Source: a candidate division WOR-3 bacterium (lineage in GTDB: Bacteria > Hydrothermota > Tepidihabitantia > Tepidihabitantales > Tepidihabitantaceae). From it: a DNA stretch of 64,000 nt. The notes beneath the pieces were generated by a model. It was not told the origin of the DNA. It ran no database searches and saw only the letters and a program-made list of their open reading frames with translations. Shown one piece after another: positions 48,313 to 58,620 of the stretch (its first letter is position 1; each line of letters begins with the position of its first letter). The position numbers were made by a program, and so were the translations under genes. The stretch spans positions 1-64,000 of the forward strand of contig CBFGKH010000011.1 of assembly GCA_965649295.1 (NCBI GenBank), in the 5' to 3' direction.

Positions 48313-49590
48313 GTGAGCAGACGATGTTTGGTCTTGTTAGTTGCGCTGGTTTGTTCTGGAAGCGCTACAGCGTTGATCTATCATGGCGTGGCGTTGGCAC
48401 CGGACGGTCAGAACGGTTGGGTGGTGACAATTGAGACGACGGCAGTATATCACACGACAGACGGCGGTGCCAGTTGGGAGCCACAGAACGTACCGACCGT
48501 GAGAGATTTCTTTGATGTGTTCTTTCTTGACGGGCTTTCCGGTTGGACTTGCGGCCGAATCGGTGACATCTGGCATACGACAAACGGTGGCAATGACTGG
48601 TATCGGCAGAATCTTGGTGGTCCCAAGTTTGCAACGCGAATGCAGTTCATTGATGAGAACTTCGGTTGGGCTGCTGGCGGTGAGGCAATCCTGATGCATT
48701 CGACTAACGGTGGCTCAGAGTGGCAGCTTGAGTTTTTCCCCAACCCACCCTACCCGTCGTCAATTGTTGACTTTCAGGGCCTGTCGCTGCTCGGACCTAA
48801 CAACGGTTGGCTGGTTGCCGGCCGCTATCCGGAAGGCGACTCTTTCTGGGGCGGTCAAGGTTACATTGTCCACGTGCGAGCCGATGCTGATTCTTTCATC
48901 AAGAACTTAGTCAGGCTCGACACGATATACGATTTCTTCGGCGTTGACTTCGTGAATGAACAGACCGGTTGGGTTGTGGGTGGTTATGACCGCAACATGC
49001 GAGCAGTGGTTCTCCACACGACCGATGGCGGTGCGAACTGGACAGAGCAGTCGTTGCCGGCCTCAGCCAAGTATCTGCGGGCGGTTGACTTCGTTGACGC
49101 CGAGAACGGGTGGGCTTGTGGCCGCCATGGAACGATTATCCGTACAAGTGACGGCGGGGCAACCTGGGTGGCCCAGTATTGTCCGGCAGACACAACTCTT
49201 TTTGATATCCAATTTGTTGACGCGACGCGAGGTCTGTGTGCGGGGAACTCGCTTGTGCTGTACACAACTGATGGCGGCGAGCATTGGATTAGGAGTATGG
49301 GCGGTGTAGCAGAGCAGGTTGGACCATCCTTGCCGAGCGAAGGTCCGTTGATTGCCGTTACTCGTTCGCCGGCGCGGGGCAGAGTTGAGTTGCGTTTTGC
49401 CGGCGCGGGGCAGATTGCGATTCACAATCCGGCCGGCAGACTCGTTCGGAAGATCAGCGGCGATAACTGTGTGGTCTGGGATGGGCGTGATGATTACGGT
49501 AGGCCGGTAGAGAATGGTCTGTATGTAGCGCGGCTGACGACCACCGCTGTCGCGGCCGCGACAACTAGGTTTGTTTACCTGAAAGAGTAG
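48313..49590 (+). CDS. YCF48-like / BNR-repeat beta-propeller with secretion tail
   Basis: Repeated 'HTTDGGxxW' and 'F.D...GW' units; tail 'WDGRDDYGRPVENGLY'. Confidence 0.85.
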   Translation: MSRRCLVLLVALVCSGSATALIYHGVALAPDGQNGWVVTIETTAVYHTTDGGASWEPQNVPTVRDFFDVFFLDGLSGWTCGRIGDIWHTTNGGNDWYRQNLGGPKFATRMQFIDENFGWAAGGEAILMHSTNGGSEWQLEFFPNPPYPSSIVDFQGLSLLGPNNGWLVAGRYPEGDSFWGGQGYIVHVRADADSFIKNLVRLDTIYDFFGVDFVNEQTGWVVGGYDRNMRAVVLHTTDGGANWTEQSLPASAKYLRAVDFVDAENGWACGRHGTIIRTSDGGATWVAQYCPADTTLFDIQFVDATRGLCAGNSLVLYTTDGGEHWIRSMGGVAEQVGPSLPSEGPLIAVTRSPARGRVELRFAGAGQIAIHNPAGRLVRKISGDNCVVWDGRDDYGRPVENGLYVARLTTTAVAAATTRFVYLKE

Positions 49591-49600
49591 GGACGCACAA

Positions 49601-52600
49601 GTGAAGAAGAGAACACTGGCAGTTGTTCTGCTGCTGCTGGCAGCATACACGCTTGGCATGGCTGAGCGGGGGGCCAAGTATTTGATCATTGCCGCGGACG
49701 CATTCACCGATATTGTTCAGCCGCTGGCGCAATGGCGAACTAAGAAGGGTTTACTGGCTAAGGTTGTGTCGGTTTCGCAGGCTGGAGGTAGTGCCAGTGC
49801 CATCCAGTCGTACATCAGGAATGCTTACAACACTTGGCCGGTGCGACCAGAGTTCGTCGTGCTTGTTGGCGGCCCAGCTCAGGTCCCGCCTTACAATTCT
49901 TCAACCGACTGTCCGTACGGTGACATGACCGGTGATTACCTAATGGAGATATCGGTCGGTCGGTTGTATGCAACCACGGCCCGCGAATGCAGTCTGCAAG
50001 TGAATAAGGTGCTCGCATATGAGAAGCCGGTTTGGACTGGCGATACTCTTTGGTTCCTGCGAGGTACTACTTGTGTGCGTGAGGACAACTCAGCTGACGA
50101 CACGATCTACTGGAACGATACTCGGCTTGCGCATAGCTACTGGGTGGACCGCGGTTATGTGGCGATCGATTCGTTCAGCTCGAATAGGGGCAATAATAGC
50201 GCGCAGGTGAACGCGGCCTGCAGTGAAGGCCGCACCTTCGTGACCTACCGAGGGCAAGGAGTGTCAACTTGGTGGTCGCCATTTAGCTCGATCACGCCAT
50301 CGAGTTGGACAAACGGTGCGAGGATGCCGATTGCGGTCGGCGCGACCTGTGCGACAATGTCTCTTTCTCCGGGAGAGTCGATGTATGGAGACCAGTTCGT
50401 TCGTGCCGGCACGCCAAACGGACTGGGGGGCGCGATTGCCTACTTTGGTACGACCGGAGTAATCTCGCGCGGTGCTTTCTACCGTAGCGCAGTCTTCCGC
50501 GGGTTTTTTACGGCGCTGTTCGGGGAGAAGAACGCATGGCTGGGGCCAGCCACTGTTCGGGGGCGCTATCGAGTTGATTCACTTTACCGCGTCCAGGCTC
50601 GGTATCAGGAGTGGAATCTGTTTGGTGACCCGGGACTTTTGGTTTGGACCGGCCGACCAATGCACCCACAAATTAGCTACGACTCGGTCATTCCACTTGG
50701 ACCGCAGACGTACAATGTAGTGGTGAGGGGCAATGGAACGCCGGTGCAGGACGCGCTCGTCTGCTTGATGATGGACACAACTGTTTATGCTACCGCCTTG
50801 ACTAATGGCGCGGGTGAGGCGCAGTTGTCAATTAACCCGCCGGTTGTGGGTACACTCTATCTAACAATCACTGGTGCTAATCTACTGCCGTTTGAGACAA
50901 CTGTAAGGACGATCGTTTCGGGCGAGCCCTATCTTGTTTCAGGTGGTCTTGAAATTGACGATTTCGGTGGCAACAACGATCAGGTTGCGAACCCGGGCGA
51001 GAGACTCCGGTTGCGTGTGGGCCTCCGGAACTTGGGGACAGTGACTGCGACAGGCGTGACTGCAGTGCTGCGGATGAATCAGTCTGGCGTGACCGTTCTT
51101 GACAGCACGGCGACATACGGCACGGTGCCGGCTGAGAGTGTAGTCTTCGGTGAGAGTTTCGAACTCGTCCTCGACACGGTTCTCACCGAGGGGCAGACTT
51201 TTGCAGGTACAGTGGTGGCAAGGGACAGCGTGGGCCGAAGTTGGAACTGCTCAGTTTTGCTCGTTGTTCACGCTGGCCGGATTGTCTTCAGTGGTGTGAC
51301 CTTACTTGACGCGCCGCCGGGCGGCAACAACAATGGTCGTTTGGGGCGAGGCGAGAGTGGCCGGCTCGAACTAGCCATCACCAACAGTGGTGGTGCTGGG
51401 CTTGGGTCGGTGCGGGCGGTTGTCCGTTGTCTCAATCCGGATGTTGTTCTCACTGACTCCACCAGCTGGTATGGTACACTCAGCGCTGGCGGCTCAGCGT
51501 CTGGTGCTCAGGATCGGCTAGCGTTACAGGCTCCTCTCAATCTGGCGCGAAACCAGCCGGTGACATTTCGTGCGTTTGTCTGGGCCGATGGCGGCACCTA
51601 CCATCACTGGGATACCCTTGAGTTCCAGGTGCAAGGTGAACAGGGAGTTACAAGCGATCCGACTGGGCCAGATGCTTATGGCTACTGGTGTTATGACAAC
51701 ACCGATATCGAAACCGGGCAGGCACCGACCTATAGCTGGTTCGACATCTCTAGCATTGGGACGGTGATTCCGGCCGTGTCGGATTCAGATGCGGCCACAC
51801 GGGCCCTGACTATGCCATTCACCTTCCGGTACTACGGCCGCGCCGGCACGACAATGTCAGCCTGTTCGAATGGTTGGCTCTGTTTCGGTACAACAACTTC
51901 ACGCCGGGGTACCAACAATCCGATGCCAGACACCGGTAGTGCGGCTGCAATGATTGCGCCGTTTTGGGATGACCTCAATCCCGATGAGAACAACAATGGC
52001 TATGGCACAGCCTATCAGTACTACGACGTAGCCAACCACCGTTGGATTGTTCAGTATCAGGATTTCGCGCACATTAATCAACCCAACATCCGCGAGACAT
52101 TTCAGGCCATTTTCTATGACCCGGCCTATCACCCGACGCCGACCGGCGACGGTGAGATTGTGTTTCAGTACAACCGGGTCTCACTAAATTCCAGTTGTAC
52201 GGTTGGTATTGAGGATTCTACAGAGACGATTGGTCTGCAATACCTTTACAACAACAGTTATGCACCGACGGCTGCCTATCTGCAGGCTGGCCGGGCTCTC
52301 AAGTTCACGACCCATCCGCCAAGCAGCCTGACTCTACCATGGCTTGTGCTGAGCGGTGTCACAGTCAGCGATGCCTTATACGGAAACAACAACGGCGTTG
52401 CCGAACCTAATGAGTTGCTGACAGTAGTGGTTGATATCAGAAACTCAGGTGCCGGTGCAGCGAGTAACATCTCAGCACTGCTGCGGGCAATGGACAGCGA
52501 GGGGACGGTGGTTGATTCCGCCGCCCAGCTTGGTGACATCGCTGCCAACGGCCAAGCTGCAAATATTGCCGAACCGTTTACCTACCGGGTCGCGGCGCTG

Positions 52601-52999
52601 CCGGGTGATTCAGTAGCTGAGCTTGGGGTGGTGCTGAGCGGCAACGGTTACAGTGGTATTGCCTACTTCTCATTCGGTCTAGGAGTACCGATGGGAGTGA
52701 CGGTGTCACCGGAGCAGCTCGGTCCCGGCGCCGGACTTACGGCAATCTGGCCGAATCCAGCCGTACGGGCCGTTCGAGTAAATTACGGTCTCAGGAGAGC
52801 AGCGACTGTTGAGCTCGGTCTGTTTGATGCTACCGGGCGGCGCGTCTTGGAATTGGTTAACGGCCAGCAGCCCGCTGGTCAGTACGGGCTGCTGGTGCCG
52901 ATTGATGGACTGAGTCAGGGGGTCTATTTCTGCCGGCTCGTTGTGACCGATCGTGCGGGAAGTCAAGAGTTCGTTCGTAAGTTGCAGGTGGCAAGGTAG
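49601..52999 (+). CDS. C25 (gingipain-like) peptidase-family protein with secretion tail
   Basis: 'LAQWRTKKG', 'VGRLYA', 'GATCAT', 'WNLFGDP', 'IAPFWDDL'; tail 'WPNP...LFDATGRRV...GVYFCRL'. Confidence 0.85.
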   Translation: MKKRTLAVVLLLLAAYTLGMAERGAKYLIIAADAFTDIVQPLAQWRTKKGLLAKVVSVSQAGGSASAIQSYIRNAYNTWPVRPEFVVLVGGPAQVPPYNSSTDCPYGDMTGDYLMEISVGRLYATTARECSLQVNKVLAYEKPVWTGDTLWFLRGTTCVREDNSADDTIYWNDTRLAHSYWVDRGYVAIDSFSSNRGNNSAQVNAACSEGRTFVTYRGQGVSTWWSPFSSITPSSWTNGARMPIAVGATCATMSLSPGESMYGDQFVRAGTPNGLGGAIAYFGTTGVISRGAFYRSAVFRGFFTALFGEKNAWLGPATVRGRYRVDSLYRVQARYQEWNLFGDPGLLVWTGRPMHPQISYDSVIPLGPQTYNVVVRGNGTPVQDALVCLMMDTTVYATALTNGAGEAQLSINPPVVGTLYLTITGANLLPFETTVRTIVSGEPYLVSGGLEIDDFGGNNDQVANPGERLRLRVGLRNLGTVTATGVTAVLRMNQSGVTVLDSTATYGTVPAESVVFGESFELVLDTVLTEGQTFAGTVVARDSVGRSWNCSVLLVVHAGRIVFSGVTLLDAPPGGNNNGRLGRGESGRLELAITNSGGAGLGSVRAVVRCLNPDVVLTDSTSWYGTLSAGGSASGAQDRLALQAPLNLARNQPVTFRAFVWADGGTYHHWDTLEFQVQGEQGVTSDPTGPDAYGYWCYDNTDIETGQAPTYSWFDISSIGTVIPAVSDSDAATRALTMPFTFRYYGRAGTTMSACSNGWLCFGTTTSRRGTNNPMPDTGSAAAMIAPFWDDLNPDENNNGYGTAYQYYDVANHRWIVQYQDFAHINQPNIRETFQAIFYDPAYHPTPTGDGEIVFQYNRVSLNSSCTVGIEDSTETIGLQYLYNNSYAPTAAYLQAGRALKFTTHPPSSLTLPWLVLSGVTVSDALYGNNNGVAEPNELLTVVVDIRNSGAGAASNISALLRAMDSEGTVVDSAAQLGDIAANGQAANIAEPFTYRVAALPGDSVAELGVVLSGNGYSGIAYFSFGLGVPMGVTVSPEQLGPGAGLTAIWPNPAVRAVRVNYGLRRAATVELGLFDATGRRVLELVNGQQPAGQYGLLVPIDGLSQGVYFCRLVVTDRAGSQEFVRKLQVAR

Positions 53000-53088
53000 G
53001 TCTGGAGTTGTTTTGCTCTCTGCCGCCACCGATGGTGGGGGCAGGACCTTGACTCGTTCGGAGAAGGCAGTATTATCACAGCCCAAAG

Positions 53089-53162
53089 GCCCCAGTAGCT
53101 CAGAAGGATAGAGCGGCGGTTTCCTAAACCGCAGGTCGAGCGTTCGAATCGCTCCTGGGGTA
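53089..53162 (+). tRNA. tRNA-Arg (anticodon CCT)
   Basis: Acceptor stem GCCCCAG/CTGGGGT, D-arm TAGCTCAG..GGATAGAGC, anticodon arm GCGGT-TTCCTAA-ACCGC, T-loop GTTCGAATC; CCA not encoded. Upstream promoter TTGACT-16-TATTAT. Confidence 0.95.
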
Positions 53163-53177
53163 GAAACGAAGAGGAAC

Positions 53178-53876
53178 ATGCAATTCAAAGGCAAGCACTA
53201 TGTCCGCAAAGAGGACCTGAAAGAGGACCGGTTCCAGCTTTTCGTTGAACGGGTTATTACCGCTTACTACAAGGACCGACAGAAATTCTGGATTGGGGCC
53301 GGGGTAGCAGTGGCAGTGATAATCGGCGCCATTCTGCTCTTACAGAATCGCTCAGGCGGTGGCGTCAACCCACAGGCAGAGGTGATGTTCACCCAAGCGC
53401 TCGGCATCTATTCCACCGGCGACATGACCCAGGCTGAGGCGGCAATGAAGGAGGTTGCTGGCCGGTTCGGTCGTGACTTTGTAGGGGCTAAGGCCCGCTA
53501 CTATCTCGGTAACATATACTACAGTCAAGGCAAGTATGGCGAGGCAAAGCAGGAGTTTGGCCGGTTCCTTAGTCGGGTAAAGAAAGACCCACTACTTTCA
53601 CCAGCGGCCCAGTTTGGTATCGGCAACTGTGAGGAGCAGCTTGGCAACAGTCAGGCGGCGGCCCGGGCTTATGAAGCAGTCGCCAAGCGCTGGCCCAAGT
53701 CGCCATTGGCTTTTGATGCCTGGATGGCTGCGGCTCGTGTCTATCGCAACGCTGGTTCTTACGCTCAGGCCCAGCAGATCTACGAACGGTTGCTCAAGGA
53801 CAAAGGGATTGGGCCCAAGGGCGAGGAAGTCAAAACCCAGCTTGCCTTTGTTCAGGCTCTACAGAATAAGTTCTAG
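53178..53876 (+). CDS. Membrane-anchored tetratricopeptide-repeat protein
   Basis: One TM helix followed by TPRs 'ARYYLGNIYYSQGKYGEAKQEF' and 'AQFGIGNCEEQLG'. Confidence 0.82.
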   Translation: MQFKGKHYVRKEDLKEDRFQLFVERVITAYYKDRQKFWIGAGVAVAVIIGAILLLQNRSGGGVNPQAEVMFTQALGIYSTGDMTQAEAAMKEVAGRFGRDFVGAKARYYLGNIYYSQGKYGEAKQEFGRFLSRVKKDPLLSPAAQFGIGNCEEQLGNSQAAARAYEAVAKRWPKSPLAFDAWMAAARVYRNAGSYAQAQQIYERLLKDKGIGPKGEEVKTQLAFVQALQNKF

Positions 53877-53887
53877 CAGTAACTCAC

Positions 53888-53932
53888 AAGCCGCCTGGCA
53901 GGACTCCCTTGCTACTTCTGCCAGGCGGCTTT
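53888..53932 (+). terminator. Terminator-like hairpin
   Basis: AAGCCGCCTGGCAGGA...TTCTGCCAGGCGGCTTT. Confidence 0.65.
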
Positions 53933-54221
53933 CCATCGTTGATGCTCAAGGGGTGGCTGGCGCTGCCCCCGGTGACAGATAGTTCTGACTGGCAGCCCAG
54001 TCGGAAGTCCCGTCAGATGGTCTGCAAGACCTTAATCGACAACCAGCGCCTCACGGCTCAATGTGGTCAGCTCCAAGAACAGAGTCTGGTCTGCCGGCAA
54101 CAATCCGGCCGATGCTTTACAATCGCGGCGGACTAACTACAATTGCCAATGGCGGCGTGCACTCTCTTTAACACATTCCTGTGCCCGGATTGGCCGGCTG
54201 GTGCCGGTGCAGCGCTCATGA

Positions 54222-55694
<1,473 letters not shown>

Positions 55695-55730
55695 GGGCCT
55701 GCCAATTCTGCCGGACTCGTTTGAGTAAAG

Positions 55731-55754
55731 CGGGGCGGCCTTCTGGCCGCCCCG
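55731..55754. terminator. Hairpin between convergent guaB and malic enzyme genes
   Basis: CGGGGCGGCC-TTCT-GGCCGCCCCG. Confidence 0.65.
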
Positions 55755-55772
55755 TCTGATTGGAGCAGTGTT

Positions 55773-57125
55773 CTAGCTTGCGGGTGCCGGTGGAATGAAG
55801 CCTTCTTTCATCATCCACTGAGTTAGCTCGCGGGCTTGCTTGATTGTTGTGCTAGCCTTCTTGAACAGTTCGTCGCGACTCATAGTGATGCGGGCAACTC
55901 CCTGTTCGATGGCCTTCATCCCGACTGCTACAGCTTCGCGTGGAAATACCTCCCAGTCATCCATCGTTGGCACCAAGTAGTCCTGCCGGAGGCCGCGGTC
56001 TTCGGCAACTTTGGCCAGTTCGAGGGCAGCGGCAATACACATTTCATCGGTAATAGTGCGGGCGTTGACGTCGAGCGCGCCGCGGAAGATGCCAGGGAAT
56101 CCGAGCGAGTTGTTGACCTGATTGGGGAAGTCAGAGCGGCCAGTGGCGACAACTGCGGCTCCAGCTTCGAGAGCCTCCCATGGCCAGATTTCTGGTATCG
56201 GGTTAGCGCAAACGAAGACTATTGGGTCCTTCGCCATGGACTGAATCCATTCCGGTTTGACAACATCGGGGCCGGGCGTGGAGAGAGCGATCAGTACGTC
56301 AGCCCCTTTCATGGCATCGGCGATCGTACCACGCACGTCCCACTTGTTTGATATCTCGCACATGTGCCACTTCTCTTTGAAGTTCTCCCTGAGCTCAGTG
56401 CGGCCTTTGTGCAGGGTGCCTTTGGTATCGCACATAATGATATTCTCGGCAGTGACGCCACCCTTGATGCAGACCCGAGCGATAGCAATATTCGAGGCGC
56501 CGGCACCGAGCATTGCCACTTTGACCTTGCTGATATCCTTGCCTACGAATTTGAGGGCGTTGACAAGGCCGGCATAGGTAACAGCCGCCGTGCCCTGCTG
56601 GTCGTCGTGCCAGACGGGAACGTTCATCTCTGCCCGCAGGGTGTCGAGAATACGGAAGCACTTGGGTTGGGCGATGTCTTCGAGGTTGAAGCCGCCGAAA
56701 GATGGTTCGAGCAGCTTGGCGGTGCGGATGAATTCGTCCGGGTCTTTGGTGCGCAGGGCGATGGGCACCGCATCAACTCCGCCGAGGTACTTGAAGAGCA
56801 GGGCTTTGCCTTCCATTACGGGCATTGAAGCTTCAGGTCCAATGTCACCGAGCCCGAGCACGCGAGTGCCGTCAGTAAGAACGCAAATGGTGTTGGCTCG
56901 ATTGGTGTGCACAAACGATTTCTCGGGATGGGCTTCAATGTCTTTGCAGGGTGCAGCTACGCCGGGTGTGTACCAGATAGCAAAGTCGTTGAAGTCGCGA
57001 ATGCAGCACTTGGGCACGGTCTGGTACTTACCCTTATAGAACGGATGCAGCAGCATTGCGTCGGCAGAAGGCTTCTTTGCTTTGGCAATGAGCTGGTCAA
57101 TTTCGGCCTGTGACAGTCGTTTCAT
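55773..57125 (-). CDS. NAD(P)-dependent malic enzyme (short form, no PTA domain)
   Basis: 'YTPGVA', 'VMEGKALLFK', 'NLEDI', 'HDDQQGTA', 'ATGRSDFPNQVNN'. Confidence 0.92.
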   Translation of the reverse strand: MKRLSQAEIDQLIAKAKKPSADAMLLHPFYKGKYQTVPKCCIRDFNDFAIWYTPGVAAPCKDIEAHPEKSFVHTNRANTICVLTDGTRVLGLGDIGPEASMPVMEGKALLFKYLGGVDAVPIALRTKDPDEFIRTAKLLEPSFGGFNLEDIAQPKCFRILDTLRAEMNVPVWHDDQQGTAAVTYAGLVNALKFVGKDISKVKVAMLGAGASNIAIARVCIKGGVTAENIIMCDTKGTLHKGRTELRENFKEKWHMCEISNKWDVRGTIADAMKGADVLIALSTPGPDVVKPEWIQSMAKDPIVFVCANPIPEIWPWEALEAGAAVVATGRSDFPNQVNNSLGFPGIFRGALDVNARTITDEMCIAAALELAKVAEDRGLRQDYLVPTMDDWEVFPREAVAVGMKAIEQGVARITMSRDELFKKASTTIKQARELTQWMMKEGFIPPAPAS

Positions 57126-57146
57126 AGTCTTCTCCTTTGCCGCCGA

Positions 57147-58526
57147 TCAGGCTTTCTTCGGCGGCCTGATGAGCAATGTCAGGAATACGGCAACGACGCA
57201 CATCGCGCCCGCGACAAGGAACGCGAGACGGTAGTTGCCGACGGTGAAGGTCTCCTCAACAATGTTGCCGGCCGCGTCCGCGACCTGGTAGGGAACCGTG
57301 GCCGAAACGCGCATCAGCCTGGCGGCGAGGAACGGGCCGACGATGCCGCCGATGCCGTAGGCCGAGAACATCCAGCCGTAGTTGATGCCGTAGTGCTTGG
57401 TGCCAAAGAAGTCGGCAGTGAATGCGGGAAAGAGCGCCAGGTAGCCGCCGAAGCAGAGTCCGACGACCGAGACGCCGATGAGGTAGAGTGCGTAGGAGCG
57501 GAAGAAGTCGAGCGCGAACATCGCGGCGGCGCAGATGATGAGCATTATCACGAGCGTCGGCTTGCGGCCGATGCTGTCGGATATCTTGCCCCAGAGAATC
57601 CGGCCGAGCGAGTTGAAGATGGCGAGAATCGAGACGGCCATCGCGGCGGCCGAGCTGATGGCGCCGAATGTCGTCGGGTCGACCGGCGGCTGGCAGGCGC
57701 CGATGGCGCAGGACTGCCAGACCGGCGACGCCTTCATTATCACCTGCAGGCCGGTGGTGCAGCCGGCCAGGTAGACGAGCCAGAGCAGCCAGAACTGCGG
57801 AGTTCCGAGCATCTGGCCCGGCGTGTAGTCAATCCTGGGCGCGGTGCCGGTCTTGGGCTGCGGTGGATTCCAGCCGGCAGGCTTGTACCCGGCCGGCGGG
57901 TTGCGCAGGAGCTGGGCCGCGAGCACGACCGCCACGAGGAAGATGATGCCCAAAGTCATGAAGGTGTTGAACACGCCGAGCTTGGGCAGGCCGAACAGGC
58001 TCGCGCCGAGAATCTGGTACTTGCCGCCGGTGATGAGGCCCTTGGCCAGCGGTGCGAAGAAGAACGCGCCCGCGCCGAATCCGGCAACCGCGAGTCCGGT
58101 GATGAGACCGCGCTTGTCCGGGAACCACTTCACGCAGGTGGCAATCGGGCAGACGTAGGCCATTCCGATGCCGAGCCCGCCGAGGACCGAGAAGGTCAGG
58201 ATCAGCCAGAACAGGGCGGTGCCGGCAGGGAAGCTGCCGGTGAAGCGGGCAAGGATGAGCCCTATACCGAGCACGAGCCCGCCGATGCTCGCGATGACGC
58301 GCGGGCCGAACCGGTCCTGGAACCGGCCGCCGAAGATGACGGCGATTGCGAACGCGGCAAGGACGATCTGGGCGGGCAGGGTGACTTGCGTTTCGGTCCA
58401 GGTCGGGAAGAACGCCTTGAGCGGGCTCTGGAACACACTCCAGATGTAGACGGCGCCCAGGCTGACCTGGATTACCAGCGCACCGACGACAACCAGCCAG
58501 CGGTTGAAGACTTTCGTTTCTGCCAT
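57147..58526 (-). CDS. OFA-family (oxalate/formate antiporter-like) MFS transporter
   Basis: About 12 TM segments; 'KWFPDKRGLITGLAVAGFG', 'GRILWGKISDSIGR', 'FGTKHYGINYG'. Confidence 0.9.
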   Translation of the reverse strand: MAETKVFNRWLVVVGALVIQVSLGAVYIWSVFQSPLKAFFPTWTETQVTLPAQIVLAAFAIAVIFGGRFQDRFGPRVIASIGGLVLGIGLILARFTGSFPAGTALFWLILTFSVLGGLGIGMAYVCPIATCVKWFPDKRGLITGLAVAGFGAGAFFFAPLAKGLITGGKYQILGASLFGLPKLGVFNTFMTLGIIFLVAVVLAAQLLRNPPAGYKPAGWNPPQPKTGTAPRIDYTPGQMLGTPQFWLLWLVYLAGCTTGLQVIMKASPVWQSCAIGACQPPVDPTTFGAISSAAAMAVSILAIFNSLGRILWGKISDSIGRKPTLVIMLIICAAAMFALDFFRSYALYLIGVSVVGLCFGGYLALFPAFTADFFGTKHYGINYGWMFSAYGIGGIVGPFLAARLMRVSATVPYQVADAAGNIVEETFTVGNYRLAFLVAGAMCVVAVFLTLLIRPPKKA

Positions 58527-58547
58527 CGAGCCTCCTTGGTGCGGACA

Positions 58548-58615
58548 GGAATCAAGGAATCAAGGATTCAAGGAGTCCAGTGACCGGACCCTCGAATCCT
58601 TGAATCCCCGGATCC
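58548..58615. repeat. Inverted array of degenerate 8-bp tandem repeats
   Basis: GGAATCAA-GGAATCAA-GGATTCAA-GGAGTCCA, then GTGA, then CCGGACCC-TCGAATCC-TTGAATCC-CCGGATCC. Confidence 0.75.
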
Positions 58616-58620
58616 TCTCT

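Noticed and set aside
52706..53194. 162-aa minus-strand ORF
   Set aside because: Overlaps the tRNA-Arg and the C25 gene end; 'PGAIRTLDLRFRKPPLYPSEL' is the typical antisense translation of a tRNA.
53089..53200. tRNA-Arg as an integration site
   Set aside because: No integrase and no duplicated tRNA 3' end seen; the flanking genes look like core chromosome.
54017..54033. GGTCT-GCA-AGACC resembling a tRNA-Cys anticodon arm
   Set aside because: No T-loop, D-arm or acceptor stem at the correct spacing.
57393..58583. 396-aa plus-strand ORF
   Set aside because: Antisense mirror of the GC3-rich MFS gene, with no recognisable motifs.
58548..58615. Possible CRISPR-like repeats
   Set aside because: The units are 8 bp with no spacers, and there are no cas genes in the window.
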